The notes below the pieces were generated by a model. That model had not been told where the DNA came from and ran no database searches. It was given only the letters and a program-made list of their open reading frames with translations. This document shows, piece after piece, positions 1-11,703 of a stretch of DNA of 64,000 nt. The stretch lies in assembly GCA_040954595.2 (NCBI GenBank), contig CM082596.2:4980181-5044180 (forward strand), written 5' to 3'. The DNA is from Balanoglossus misakiensis. Lineage: Eukaryota; Animalia; Hemichordata. The stretch's first letter is position 1. The number at the start of each line of letters is the position of its first letter. The position numbers and the translations under genes were made by a program.

Positions 1-139
1 CAATCAGACAGTCTGTCCTTAATAATTAAGGTTTTGTTCTATTATATACATAATATATTAGTGTATGTAGTACATTATTTATAGTACTTTTATTTTGTGA
101 TGGTACCCGTTGGTTTAAAGAAATTGTTCTCGTTAATCA

Positions 140-1630
140 TTAGGGTTTCGAGACCAGAGGGGTCTCGAAACCCTCTTGAAATCGTGTTGTTTTTTATTAT
201 TATTATTCTTCTTCCCACTTTTAAAAACAGCCGCTATTCGAAGACCGTTGCACCCAATGACTTGAAATTTGGCTCATAGGTAAAACTCAAAGCAAGTAAT
301 TTTATGATCATGTCACTATGGCAACAGGTCACATGACCTGGCAGCCATCTTGGATTTAAACTTTTAAATTGGTCTAATTTGCATAAAAAATGAAGAATCC
401 AAATTCTGTTCAGAAACTTTGTGGACCATATGGCCAGGGTCCTATATGCCAAATTTCAATGTCTAAGTCCTTGCCGATTTTGAGGAGATGATTTTTAAAG
501 CATTATTTTTCACATTTTCCATGACCATTGGACCCAGCCATTGGCCTATACTTTCCATGGTTAAGCAATGGCCCCCTAGGATTTTAGATTTATGCCCAAT
601 ATCTCAACATCCGCTGGGCTGATCAGCTTCAAATTTTGTGTGCAGCTAGCCTACCTTCCGACAATCATTTCCAACTGGAAAAAATAGTATGGAAAATCGA
701 CCTATTTTTTTAGATTAATTTTTTTATGAAATCTATACCTATACTTATTCCACTATACTTAAGCTATGGCCACATAGTTTTGTAGAATTCTGGTCAGTGC
801 AATAGTCTGCAGCATAGGACCAAAATAAGAAGCCAAATTTAAGGCTCACCTGTGACACCTGCTCAACTCATTAATTATGTGCATACCTAATTCCAGGCAA
901 ACCAATAGGGCTACAGGTCTGGTTTTTGTCGGACATGGACCAGTATGGGGTCAAATTTTTTCCCCAAATTTTGGGTGACCTTGGGTGACCTTTGACCTAC
1001 TTTCGCATATCTCAGCATCCAGAGCAGGTACAGCTCAGGTGTTTGGGTGGATGGGACCAAAATAAGAAGCCAAATTTAAGGCTCACCTGTGACACCTGCT
1101 CAACTCATTAATTATGTGCATACCTAATTCCAGGCAAACCAATAGGGCAACAGGTCTGGTTTTTGTCGGACATGGACCAGTATGGGGTCAAATTTTTTCC
1201 CCAAATTTTGGGTGACCTTGGGTGACCTTTGACCTACTTTCACATATCTCGGCATCCAGAGCAGGTACAGTTTAGGTGTTTGGGTGGACGGGACCAAAAT
1301 AAGAAGCCAAATTTTAGAGTCACCTGTGACACCTGCCTAACTCATTAATTATGTGCATACCTAATTCCAGGTAAACCAGTAGGGCTACAGGTCTGGTTTT
1401 TGTTTGACATGGACCAGTATAGCGTAAACATTTTCTGCTCATATTAAGCGTGACCTCACGTGACCTTTGACCTACTTTTCCACATCTCAGCATCCACAGC
1501 ACATACACCCTTGGCATTTGGAGTGATAGAACAACTAATGCAGTAATTAAATATGCACAAATCTATCTCCAGGCGAACCAATAGGGCTAGTAGTGTCTCG
1601 AAACCCGCTTATTGCTGTTCACAGCTATAT
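140..1630. mobile_element. Non-autonomous Helentron/DINE-1-like (HINE) element with internal satellite
   Basis: Hairpin AGGGTTTCGAGACC-agagg-GGTCTCGAAACCCT near 142-174, then a (TTA/TTC) microsatellite, internal tandem repeats, a second GTCTCGAAACCC copy near 1595 and a short terminal hairpin GCTGttcaCAGC next to a T-run. No ORF. Confidence 0.6.
817..1530. repeat. Tandem repeat, three ~237-bp units
   Basis: Unit start GGACCAAAATAAGAAGCCAAATTT recurs at 817, 1054 and 1291; units 1-2 near-identical, unit 3 more diverged. Confidence 0.95.
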
Positions 1631-2103
1631 TTTTGGGGTTTGAATCGTTCGGAATCAAACAAGATTCCCAGATGTTCATATTGATAACTCTTAATACAAT
1701 ATTGAGCGTCGTTTCTGCCATTCAACGTCTGCATTTGGCCGCACAGCATTCGTCAATGTTACGTCAACGCTGTCCTGTTCACATGGCAACGGCCGCAGCG
1801 CCACAGCTGATCTCCTCTCCGGCGTTGCGAAGGTCAACATCTGTCGAGAATATAATGTAGAAGTAAAATTATTTCGCTGAAATTTTCACTCTGAACTCGA
1901 ATATTAGAAAGGAAATCGATCGTGGTCACACGCTTCGCTCTATGGGTAAACGTGATCATCAACTTTTTGATGGCATATAGATATATTTCTGTCAATCAAA
2001 CGTAAGATGTGTTTAAATGATAATCGTTTCGTCATATGCATTAGGCCCAAGTTGGCGTAGAGAGTCTACCACACGGCCAAAACCACAACTACTGGCGTCT
2101 TCA

Positions 2104-3471
2104 CTAACCGAGCCATAACTTACCACGCTCAATTGTCTCTGCATCGTCTGCTTCAACACAGTTGACGTCCAACAAATTCAGACGAATGAGCTCGTCGAAC
2201 AAATCCGCCGGTAAGAACTCGATCTCGTTGCCCTCAAGCTTGAGGTCGACGAGGTTTCTCAGAGCGCAGAAGGAGCTCGGCAGACTGGTCAGGCGGTTGC
2301 AGCTGACGTCCAGCGTCTTCAAGCGTCGGAGTTTGCCGATTCCTCGCGGTAGGATTCTGAGCGAGTTGTTGTTGACGAAGAAGGTCTGAAGCCGTCCCAT
2401 CAGGCAGACGGACTCCGGCAGAACGTTCAGTTGGTTGCTCTCGAGGGACAACGTCACCAAGCGGTTAAAGTTCGCGCCGAATTCCTCCGGTAGCATGTCT
2501 ATGTTGTTTCGGTCCAGCTGCAGTTCGACCACGTTCACTAAATCGCAGACAGAGTTCGGAAGCGCCGTGAGGTTGTTGTCGCCCAGGACCAGCCGCTGCA
2601 GGCAGGTGGATTTTCTGTCCACATGCGCCGGTAGCTTCTTCAGCCTGTTGTGTTTGGCGTACAGCGCCTTCAAGTTGCGCAGCATCAAGATTCCGTCGGG
2701 CAGCAAAGTCAGGTTGTTGTAGTTGACTTCGAGAATTCGCAGCGACGGCAGGCTACGCCACCCCATCATGAACGGGAGGTCCCTCAGTTCGTTCTTGTTC
2801 GCATACAGGCTGTCCAGGCACCGCAGTTCGCAGATGGAACCCGGCAGCTCCGACAGGCGGTTCTGACTCACGTCCAAGTAAGAGAGATTCTGCAAGCACC
2901 AACCCAGGTCCGCCGGCAGGGAAGTGATCTGGTTCTTCCGAAGGCTGAGCTTCTGCAGGTTCGTCAGTCGACAGAACTCGCTGGGAATAGTCTGCAGGTT
3001 ATTCCCGTGAATGTCGAGCGCGGTCATGTTTCTGAAGTTCACAATGGCGGGCGGGATTTCGCTGATCTTGTTGTAAGCCAAGTCGAGATACTCCAGTTCC
3101 CTCGCTTCCAGAACTCCGTCCGGAATCTCCTCCAGCTCGTTGGAGTACAGAAACAACGCTCTCAAGTTCAACAGTTTGGCGAACAGAAACGGGACCGCCT
3201 TAATTTTGTTGTTCTTCGCCCAAAGCGACTTCAAACTGGTCAGGTTGCAGATGGACTGCGGAAGAACCTCGAACTCATTGTTGCTGATGTCGAGCCAAAT
3301 GACATTCTTGTACTGGGAAAATTCGGGCGGGAGATCCGTCAGTTTGTTGCTGATCAAGCGAATGTTCGTCAGCTCCTCTTTATCACACAGTTCGGTGGGG
3401 AAAGTCTGCAAGCCGAGGTTGTAAAGCGCCAGTGACGACTGGTTGTAGATGTACTTTTCCCAGTCTCCCAT
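2104..3471 (-). CDS. Leucine-rich-repeat-only cytoplasmic protein (455 aa), single coding exon
   Basis: Uninterrupted ORF made almost wholly of ~23-aa LxxLxLxxNxLxxLP repeats; no signal peptide or other domain evident; splice acceptor (TTTCTGTACAG on -) just upstream of the ATG implies a 5'UTR intron. Confidence 0.9.
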   Translation of the reverse strand: MGDWEKYIYNQSSLALYNLGLQTFPTELCDKEELTNIRLISNKLTDLPPEFSQYKNVIWLDISNNEFEVLPQSICNLTSLKSLWAKNNKIKAVPFLFAKLLNLRALFLYSNELEEIPDGVLEARELEYLDLAYNKISEIPPAIVNFRNMTALDIHGNNLQTIPSEFCRLTNLQKLSLRKNQITSLPADLGWCLQNLSYLDVSQNRLSELPGSICELRCLDSLYANKNELRDLPFMMGWRSLPSLRILEVNYNNLTLLPDGILMLRNLKALYAKHNRLKKLPAHVDRKSTCLQRLVLGDNNLTALPNSVCDLVNVVELQLDRNNIDMLPEEFGANFNRLVTLSLESNQLNVLPESVCLMGRLQTFFVNNNSLRILPRGIGKLRRLKTLDVSCNRLTSLPSSFCALRNLVDLKLEGNEIEFLPADLFDELIRLNLLDVNCVEADDAETIERGKLWLG

Positions 3472-4972
3472 GGTTAACTGTACAGAAATCGCACAAACAA
3501 TAAAAACAAAAGAATCCAGTTATTAAAAACAAAGGAAAGTAGTGATTAAACGTAATGTCAACAGAGGGCGGTTTACATGTTACCTGGTCGTGGTGACTGT
3601 ACATGTACATGTGTTATATAACGGTGTCACTATTGTGACCTGCCGCTGGTTTCCAGCTGTGGTTCTGCGGATTTCACGAACAAACAAAACAATCTGCATA
3701 CCTTTGCAGGTAGGTACAGATTTGTGGACACGTTCATAAAGTGAGAAAATTACCGCACCACATATTTGGTTTGAGAGGCTGTCTATCAGACTTGTAATAG
3801 TACTAGCAACCAATGTATATAATTCCTTCACCCAGCGAAAGACGTTCGCAAAATGGGATGGTCACCACACACCACTAATTCACGTCGCTTTATTGTCGAA
3901 CGGCATCCAGGCAAATATTTTGCCATCAAGGTGTAACAGTTCTCACCGTCTGTATAGCCGATTAATTACATCAATTGTACAGGCGAGATAATTGTTTGAT
4001 ATATTGAGTCCCAGCTTTTGTCCTATGTAAATGCTTGAGACTGTTACGATAGAAATCGTTGGCCAATTTCTCGGGAGATTCACCCTCTCGATAAACATGT
4101 AATTACTTAATACTCCAATGACAACCTCCTTTTTAAAATAAATTTTTGAGTATTTGGGTGTGTAATAGTGCAAAATAGGTGTAAGTATTTTCTGTAAGAA
4201 TGGCCCATATAGGCTAACTGGAGTCTATTATGTAAAAAATATTCAATTTAACAGTTTTTGCGTAATGGACACAGTATACATAAGTGAGCACATTTCTGGC
4301 GAACGCGTCGCGTGAAACCATGAACACGGTCTCTGCGCAATGTCGGGACAGCAAAGTAACCGACCGGAGCCCAGGGTATTTATGACCGACGATAAATGTT
4401 TGCTAATCCCTTAGACATCGCCCATTCGCGGTTTACTGCCACGGCTATATAACTGTTCGTTTTGATAAACACAGAGAAGTGGTTGAAATGTTGAATAAAT
4501 TGTTCTGATCGGAGTCGCCAGCGTTAGTTATTAACGCGAGGTGATTAATTACAACGGGGCTCTAGTCGTCTCCTCGTTATATGCAGACACAGTACTTCTA
4601 TGTAATCGAGGGACTGCGATACAAACAACCGCTGCGGCTGACCACAAACCGGTCACGCTCGGCGGCCTCCACGCTGAAAGAGAAATGTGTCAATTCGGCA
4701 AACAATGCGAGCTGACCGTAAATAACACAACAGCGAACAATAGCCCTCGCGACAAACTCGCGCTGCCCGTAACATGTCCGTTCTTGTACGGACATGTTTT
4801 ATAATATGCGCCGGACTCAAGTTCGTGGGTTCAAGAATGAGGGGAAAATTACCACGGTCTCGAGGTCAACTCTTCGGAGAACCAACTCCGCCGTCATATA
4901 TTCGGCGATACACGCGTACATTTGGATATCGACATGTGTTACGCATATTTCAGTATTCACAATCTATGTTTA

Positions 4973-6098
4973 GGGAGCATTCGTTTTTTACAGGGAGGGG
5001 GGGGCCGGTGGAATTTGAGTCGCCGACTAAATGTAAAAGGCAACCCCCCCTCGAAATTACTTTTCTAAAATGTGTCCCCCCCTAAATTCTTCAATTGTAA
5101 AATGTGACCCCCCCCCCAAAAAAAAAGTTTATCCACCGGATTAAACTTATCAAACTTTGTCAGATATTTAGACTGACCATTGTTATTGTTGACATATGAT
5201 TCTATTCAGAATTGCATTCATTCTATCTTGTAAAAAAAGAAAAACAGCACTCCCATGAAAAGAATATGAAACTGATGTTTCCCCCTCATCAGTGGGTATT
5301 AAAACTGAACATTGTTTTTATTTTTTAAGTATTTGTATTCTGTGTTGGGAGACATTGTAAACCGAGAATTGAAGGGGGTGGGTTTGGGAGGGGATGTCCC
5401 CCTCCCACGTTAGAAAATTTTGTAAAATACAGAGCTCAAAGCTGCATTTTAATGAACCCGGCAAAAGCAAATTAACTCAACTACCGGTATGTTGGGGAGG
5501 ACAAATTTAACCTTCGCCGCTCAAAGTTATCATGGGGTGGGGGCAAGTCCCCTGACCTGGGACACTATAGATAAACCAGTCAATGATTGAAAGGTGTTGA
5601 TGAGGGGTGGGTGTGGGAGGGGGTTTCCCCCTCCCACGTTAGAAAATTTTGTAAAATACAGAGCTCAAAGCTGCATTTTAATGAACCCGGCAAAAGCAAA
5701 TTAACTCAACTACCGGTATGTTGGGGAGGACAAATTTAACCGTCGCCGCTCAAAGTTATCATGGGGTGGGGGCAAGACCCCTGACCTGGGACACTATAGA
5801 TAAACCAGTCAATGATTGAAAGGTGTTGATGAGGGGTGGGTGTGGGAGGGGGTTTCCCCCTCCCACATTAGAAAATTTTGTAAAATAAAGGGCGCGAAAC
5901 TGCATTTTTGCGGACTCAAAATAAACATTTAGTCGTCAAAGTGTGCTATGATTCCATACAAATCTGTTGTAAAAATTGTCCCCCCCCCCTAAACCATTGA
6001 TTATAAAATGTGTCCCCCCCCTAAAAACTGCTTTGTAAAAGTAAACCCCCCCCTGATTTCCACCGGCCCCCCCCTCCCTGTAAAAAACGAATGCTCCC
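4973..6098. mobile_element. MITE, PIF/Harbinger-type
   Basis: ~40-bp TIRs GGGAGCATTCGTTTTTTACAGGGAGGGGGGGGCCGGTGGAA / TTCCACCGGCCCCCCCCTCCCTGTAAAAAACGAATGCTCCC flanked by TTA at 4970-4972 and 6099-6101; no transposase ORF. Confidence 0.85.
5375..5890. repeat. 229-bp tandem repeat (~2.3 copies) inside the MITE
   Basis: GGGGTGGGT(T/G)TGGGAGGG unit starts at 5375, 5604 and 5833. Confidence 0.9.
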
Positions 6099-7750
6099 TT
6101 ATTGTCGGGATTTCTGAGTGAAATGTACACTAGTGTTGCGTAAAAAGGCGATTAGGGAATAAATCGGGCGTTTTGATGTGTCGCAAATAGTCGCGATAGA
6201 AAGTGTCAACATTTCGCATCAATTAATAAAAAAATGCCTGTGTCAGCTGATACCTGCGTTTTTACCCGTAGATTATACCGGTCAGAATGACCTGGGCGTC
6301 TTTCTCCTTTTTTATTTCGCAAAAAGCATTATAACAATGACTACTTGTACAATAGATCCTTTTTATCCCAGTCTTTAGCCGAATAAACCGGTGTCGAAAC
6401 GCGAGAGACGGGAATATGTGATCAAGGTAGCTGTGGTTATTTTTTTCCACGGTGTCACTGGCTCGGCGTTAAGATACACATTAATGCGGGTATTTTAACG
6501 GGTCAACACGTCTTCCCAACGATATTTACCAATGGGTAACTTATTTGGCAGACAGCCAGAGCGAGTTGGACTAATGCCGGTCAATGTCGCCAACAGTTGC
6601 TGGCAGAGAGAGAGAGAGGCGATTCTGATCAAATTTTCGGGATTTTGTCTATCAGAAGACGCTATTCAGTTTGACACTACCGTCTCAAAATGAACACGAC
6701 ACGCCAGCCACTTTGACGTTGAGACAACTTAACGGACAGCGCGTTAATTAAACCATTCCTAATTAGAATTTAGTAATAAGCGACGATCGTACGTACGTAC
6801 TCACCTGTGCTGTTCTCGTCGATGACTCTGACTACGCTCCGGGTGCAGTTTAGCCGTGTGCCTGGCGTGTTTAAGTTGGGTCAATTAGCTCTGCTTTTCC
6901 ACGGTCGACCGTTTAGGACCCTAAACCGGTGCCCATTCCAACAGGTATCTCTTATCCCCCCGTTCAGCACTCACCAAAGCTAGTCGGGACATCGTCAATA
7001 GTTAACTTTATTAACACCCGACATGATAATAATAGTTTACGCGATGGCGCCCTCTGTATAGCGGAGGCCGTGATGTCTGGTTCAATAGGTGATTGGCTCG
7101 AAAGTAGGTTTCTGAGTATAATTATAATACTTGCAATGTGCAAACACGGGGTGGAAGAGACCAAAGTTGTGAATTAATATTCTTCATAGTGAACTGGAAG
7201 TAAGAGGCATAAAATAAATTTGTCCACATTGAGATAACGAGACCCTAAAAATACTGGTTCCGATAATATGCTTTTCAGAAGCAGCTCGGGTTTTCGGAAC
7301 CACACAATTTTTTTCCTATTGGCCTGCCCCGAGCGCTGTTTATTTTTACGCTTTTAATTCACTGTAAATGAGTCACTTCTTAAAATATATTTCAATGTGT
7401 GAACGTCTCTTTTATTTTGTCACAGAAGTGGATATTCATGGGCCCGACACGGCTAGCATATACATGTACATGTATTTCTATTACAAAAAGCTCTATATAC
7501 AAATTTCACAGAAGAACAATCATGTAGTGTTTCTTACACAAGGCAGACACACTACCTATGCTTGTAACAAGGAAAGAACTGGCACAGCGTTAAACAAATT
7601 CAAAAATTACACAGATAAAAGTTCATAGACTTATTTGTCCGGTCAATTATTGCTTTGGCACATTGTCTGCTATCAAAAGCTGGAAGCGAACCGCCAACGT
7701 GGCATTTGGGCACGACTCCAAGTTGAATCGTGGCAGTGGGCCTATACTGC

Positions 7751-8698
7751 TTAGTGTTTCTGGGCCGCGGGTTTTGCTCGCATTAACGCGAACACGAAAG
7801 CCACGATTCTTTCATAGGTTACAAACATCAAGGCGGCCATCAGGACGGTCTGTAACAGTTTTGCTTCTAAGCCCTTGTACATCCCCTTCATCCTGTGAGT
7901 CCGAAACAGCTCGATGATCATTTTCAAGAAACTTCTCCTCTTCCCATCCTCCCCCTTGTCGCCGTGGTAACGAAGGCGAGACTGGATCATCTGGAGCGGG
8001 TACGTTGCTATGGTGGCTGTCGCCTTGGCAATGGCGCCCATCAGGAAGATGCCGAGCGTGGGTAGCTCGGCGGCGTCGCGTCCCTGGGATCTTTTCAGGG
8101 CCTCGTACACTGCGAACTGTATAGCGGGATTGGCGACCAGGAACAGCGACGGGACGGTGCCGCTCCACAACGTCTGGATGCCCTCCTCGGCGTAGATCCG
8201 TCGCAAGGCGTCTATCATGCCGTTGTATTTTGGCCGGCGGAGCTCTTTGTCAACTTTGCTCTTCATAACGACGCCTTGTAGTTTGAGGCGCGTGTTGGCC
8301 ACCCACAGTGGGGTGGTGATCAGCACGTTGATGGCACCGGCCACGAATCCAACCGCGAGGTCCCTCACCGGGCTCGCGTTACCGCGATTCCCCCCGTATA
8401 TGATCATCTTGAGGCTGTTGTAAGCGTAGAAGTACACGAAGTTGGAGCAGTAGAGACTCTGAAGAACGGGGAGCAGCCCCCTGTACAGCGACCAGATACC
8501 CTCCTCTCTCACGATCTCCGCTATCACCTGCGGAGTGTGTCGCGCCTTCCTCTTGTCGTCGATCTGCAGGCGGACCCTGGCTGCATCGAGAGGGTAGAAA
8601 GCTGCCATGGCCGTAGCACTGCCCGTAGCGCCGGCCAGTGCGTGTACGAGATTGTCGTAGGAAAGAAGCGGGACAGAAGATGCCCCTCCGTCAGCCAT
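7751..8698 (-). CDS. SLC25A17: Peroxisomal membrane protein PMP34 (SLC25 carrier), intronless
   Basis: 315-aa ORF with three carrier repeats (YPLDAARVRLQ, TPLWVANTRLKLQG, YPLQMIQSRL) and PMP34-typical segments LVHALAG, SLYCSNFVYFY, GLEAKLLQTVL. Confidence 0.95.
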   Translation of the reverse strand: MADGGASSVPLLSYDNLVHALAGATGSATAMAAFYPLDAARVRLQIDDKRKARHTPQVIAEIVREEGIWSLYRGLLPVLQSLYCSNFVYFYAYNSLKMIIYGGNRGNASPVRDLAVGFVAGAINVLITTPLWVANTRLKLQGVVMKSKVDKELRRPKYNGMIDALRRIYAEEGIQTLWSGTVPSLFLVANPAIQFAVYEALKRSQGRDAAELPTLGIFLMGAIAKATATIATYPLQMIQSRLRYHGDKGEDGKRRSFLKMIIELFRTHRMKGMYKGLEAKLLQTVLMAALMFVTYERIVAFVFALMRAKPAAQKH

Positions 8699-9816
8699 GG
8701 TTGTTGAAATCGATCACCGGCGGTCTATGTCTATATCAAACACCAGTGCCCTCTCGTGACATCGACACGCGGTGTTTTCGCGGGATACCGCTTTGGAGGA
8801 AATAAATTAGGATCACAAAAGCCAACAAACCACTCGAGGTCACGTAAACTATATTTTGGGGGAAAGGCGAAAAATGATAATATTATGCTCAGTACATAAT
8901 ATTTAAGTTTATAACGTCACCTCAGAGAATCCGAGAAACTCGAGGTTTGTCACTAAACTTGTCCAAGTGCGTCACTTTGGAAGAAAAGTGAAATAATGCG
9001 ATCCGTTCAAACAGAACTTAGGGGAGCTAGATGACCCGGAAGTAGATGTTCCAGGTCACTTAACAATAACAAAGTGGGCCTCGAGCCAAACGTGTGTGTC
9101 GCGGGGCCAAGGTTCTAGCTGTAGCCGTACATAGTGTAGGGCCAGCTGAGTTTAGTTACCTCACTAGATAGAGTCTGTAGAACCCCCTTTACCCTACCGT
9201 CGCCGGTGTTAACACAATCGCCGGATTTCAGGGCTGATCGTTCAGAAACAGCTGCAGCCCGCGCAGTACTATTGATTAATGGAGCGTGCAGGTAAGAAGT
9301 ACTACACGTGACGTCCACAGCGGCATATGTCAGCCACTCGGACGTACCAGCTGCAATATTTGTAGCGGGTGGTATGTCTCGGCAGGCTGACTTTGCTGTG
9401 ACTTTGGTCTATTAGTTCGGGGCACGACTTATTCGCCGCTCCGCCAGTGACAGTGGTTGTATGTAGGTACTGTGTGTGTGTATGAATTGCAGATGTGTAT
9501 ATCATCTTGATATTTGTTTAATGGGGGGGGGGGGGGATACGGTATGTATGCAGATGTGTTGTAAAGTGGTGAAAACTCAAGAATTATACTAATCAGATTG
9601 TTCTGAAACATGCACCTTAGGTGGTAGTGTCTATGGCCCTAATAGTTGTGTTCATTTTGCTGGAAATTGTAGATGACCTACTATTCAGTTCTTTTTGTTT
9701 TTATCATTTATAGGATAAAAGAAACAGAAGAGCAAACCAGTTGGAGTAAAAAGCTATATATTATGTGCAAGTAGGACATTGTAATTCTTATTTAGGTATT
9801 GCAAATAGAGTTGCTA

Positions 9817-11703
9817 ATGTCCAGAAAACAGAAACGAAAAGTACCAGTACAGACAATAATCACTGTCATAATGGTGTGCATTGTAGCAGCCATTGTGATA
9901 GGCATATCACTTACCAAACCTGACAGGCATGTCGACGGGCTGTCGTTTCCGTCTCGCAAAGCCTGGTGGACAAAGAGGATATCCAACGATTTTCACACCA
10001 GCGGGAGATTAGCCGAGAGACAGATCAAGTATGCAGCCGAGGCGGGCTTCAGGTCGGTCGTTTCGTTGTTTAATTTTACCGAGGGTCTCCAAGCCAGCGA
10101 CGGAGTGTATCTACCATCGACGGAAGAGAGTATGGGAATCGCGGAAATCAGCGGGATACCGTTTGAAGCGCTGCCGGTGGATCCTGCGAATTGGAACGAG
10201 CTGGAAGCATTGAAGCTCTTCGTGGATACTGTGGCAGACCTTCCGCGACCAACGCTGGTTGCGTGTAACGATTCCTATCACGGCACTCTGTTTGCGTTGC
10301 TCTATTCGACGATGTCCGAAGCGAATTCCGCCACTGATGACCCACTGTTCACTGTGGACAACATCTTCACGATTGGTCAGACGATTGGCCACGATTACAC
10401 AGTCCAGCCGACGCGCGACTTCATCATTCTGGTCACCGGTGGCAACGACACAGCGGACGCGCTCCGGGAAACGTCCACCCTGAATATGTGGAAGGAATAC
10501 TGGCTGGCCAAACCGGTCGCGGACGACTGGTTCATCGCGGGACAAACTTACAAAGAGCAGCTCTCGCTGATACAAGCAGCCGGTTTCAGATCAGTGATCA
10601 ATCTAAGGCGGGGAGTCACGGACAGAGGGAAACCCTCGCAAGAACAAGTCACCCTCCTCAACATCATAGACTACACCGACACCTACGCAGCCGGCGGGCG
10701 GCAGTCCACCTCGAGACTACAGCAAACACGGATCGACCCCACCAAACCAATAGAGTACATCTCGTCAACTTCCACGGTCAACTACGAATCCAGAAATCCG
10801 GGAGAATTTGGCGATGACATTGGCTACAACGAACAAGTAGAACAAGAGTATATCACTGGTAATACTGATCTCTTGTACTACCATCTGCCAGTAGGTATGT
10901 TTGTGCTGATATCTGCTTTACCATTCCATGGCTCTACATGACCTGTCATCCTGACATAATCCTGGTCCGTGTCCATCATTTGGATAGCAAAGTCAGCGAG
11001 ATAATTGTTGCAATATTTCTGAGAAACCAGGACTAGCATATCAAGGAAAATGTGGCAATGGTGTGATTCTTTCACCAATAAACTTGAATGTGTAATGGCT
11101 CCATCTGTAACACTAATACATTGTATACCTCAATTTATTTGATTTCAGGGGGTCAATATGGATATAATGTTGACACGTTTCTTGTCTTCAGAGATTTCTA
11201 CAGAGAGGCATCAGTACATGGTCCTGTGTTGGCACATTGTAGGACTGGATACAGATCAGGTAATCTTTCCATCACCTTTAATCTTTCATTTTGGTTGATT
11301 GTGAATAGTACTAAACCAGATTAGACAGGTTTTACTTTATAAGATATAAAACCATATAAAATGATTTATCCCTGTTTCTCTCTTTCTCTGTATCTCTCTC
11401 TCCCTCCCTCATTCCACAGCTATATTTACCCTGACCTATGTCGGCTATGTGAACTGCAAGAACAGTAGCTGGGCCATCGAGAAAGCGCACAAACTCGGCT
11501 ACCACTTCACGGAGCAGAGAACGCCGGCTGAGTACCGACTCATCAGGGACGTCCTGGACGGAGAACTCAATGAAGAATGCTCTGAGTCCACCACCACCAA
11601 AACACCCAAAAGTGCTCCCGTGTCCAGGAGTGCAGCATTCAGAGCTCAAAGCTGGATATTGGCAGCATCAGCGTTTGCATGTTCTGTGTTTATTCATAAA
11701 TAA
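9817..11703 (+). CDS. Membrane-anchored protein with two DUF442/BLH-like (PTP/DSP-fold) domains; exons 9817-10894, 11149-11259, 11420-11703
   Basis: GT-AG junctions keep frame; basic N-terminus plus hydrophobic segment; duplicated motif SGR/AGQ...AGFRSV(V/I)(S/N)L; second domain has GPVLAHCRTGYRSA (Cx5R loop), first is degenerate (PTLVACNDSYHG); hydrophobic C-terminal tail after a Ser/Thr-rich linker. Confidence 0.75.

Noticed and set aside
817-1530. Regular repeats considered as a CRISPR-like array
   Set aside because: Units are contiguous 237-bp copies with no unique spacers, in eukaryotic context with no cas genes.
2162-3435. Several + strand ORFs (up to 261 aa) overlapping the LRR gene
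   Set aside because: Antisense shadows of a codon-biased CDS; no recognisable protein features.
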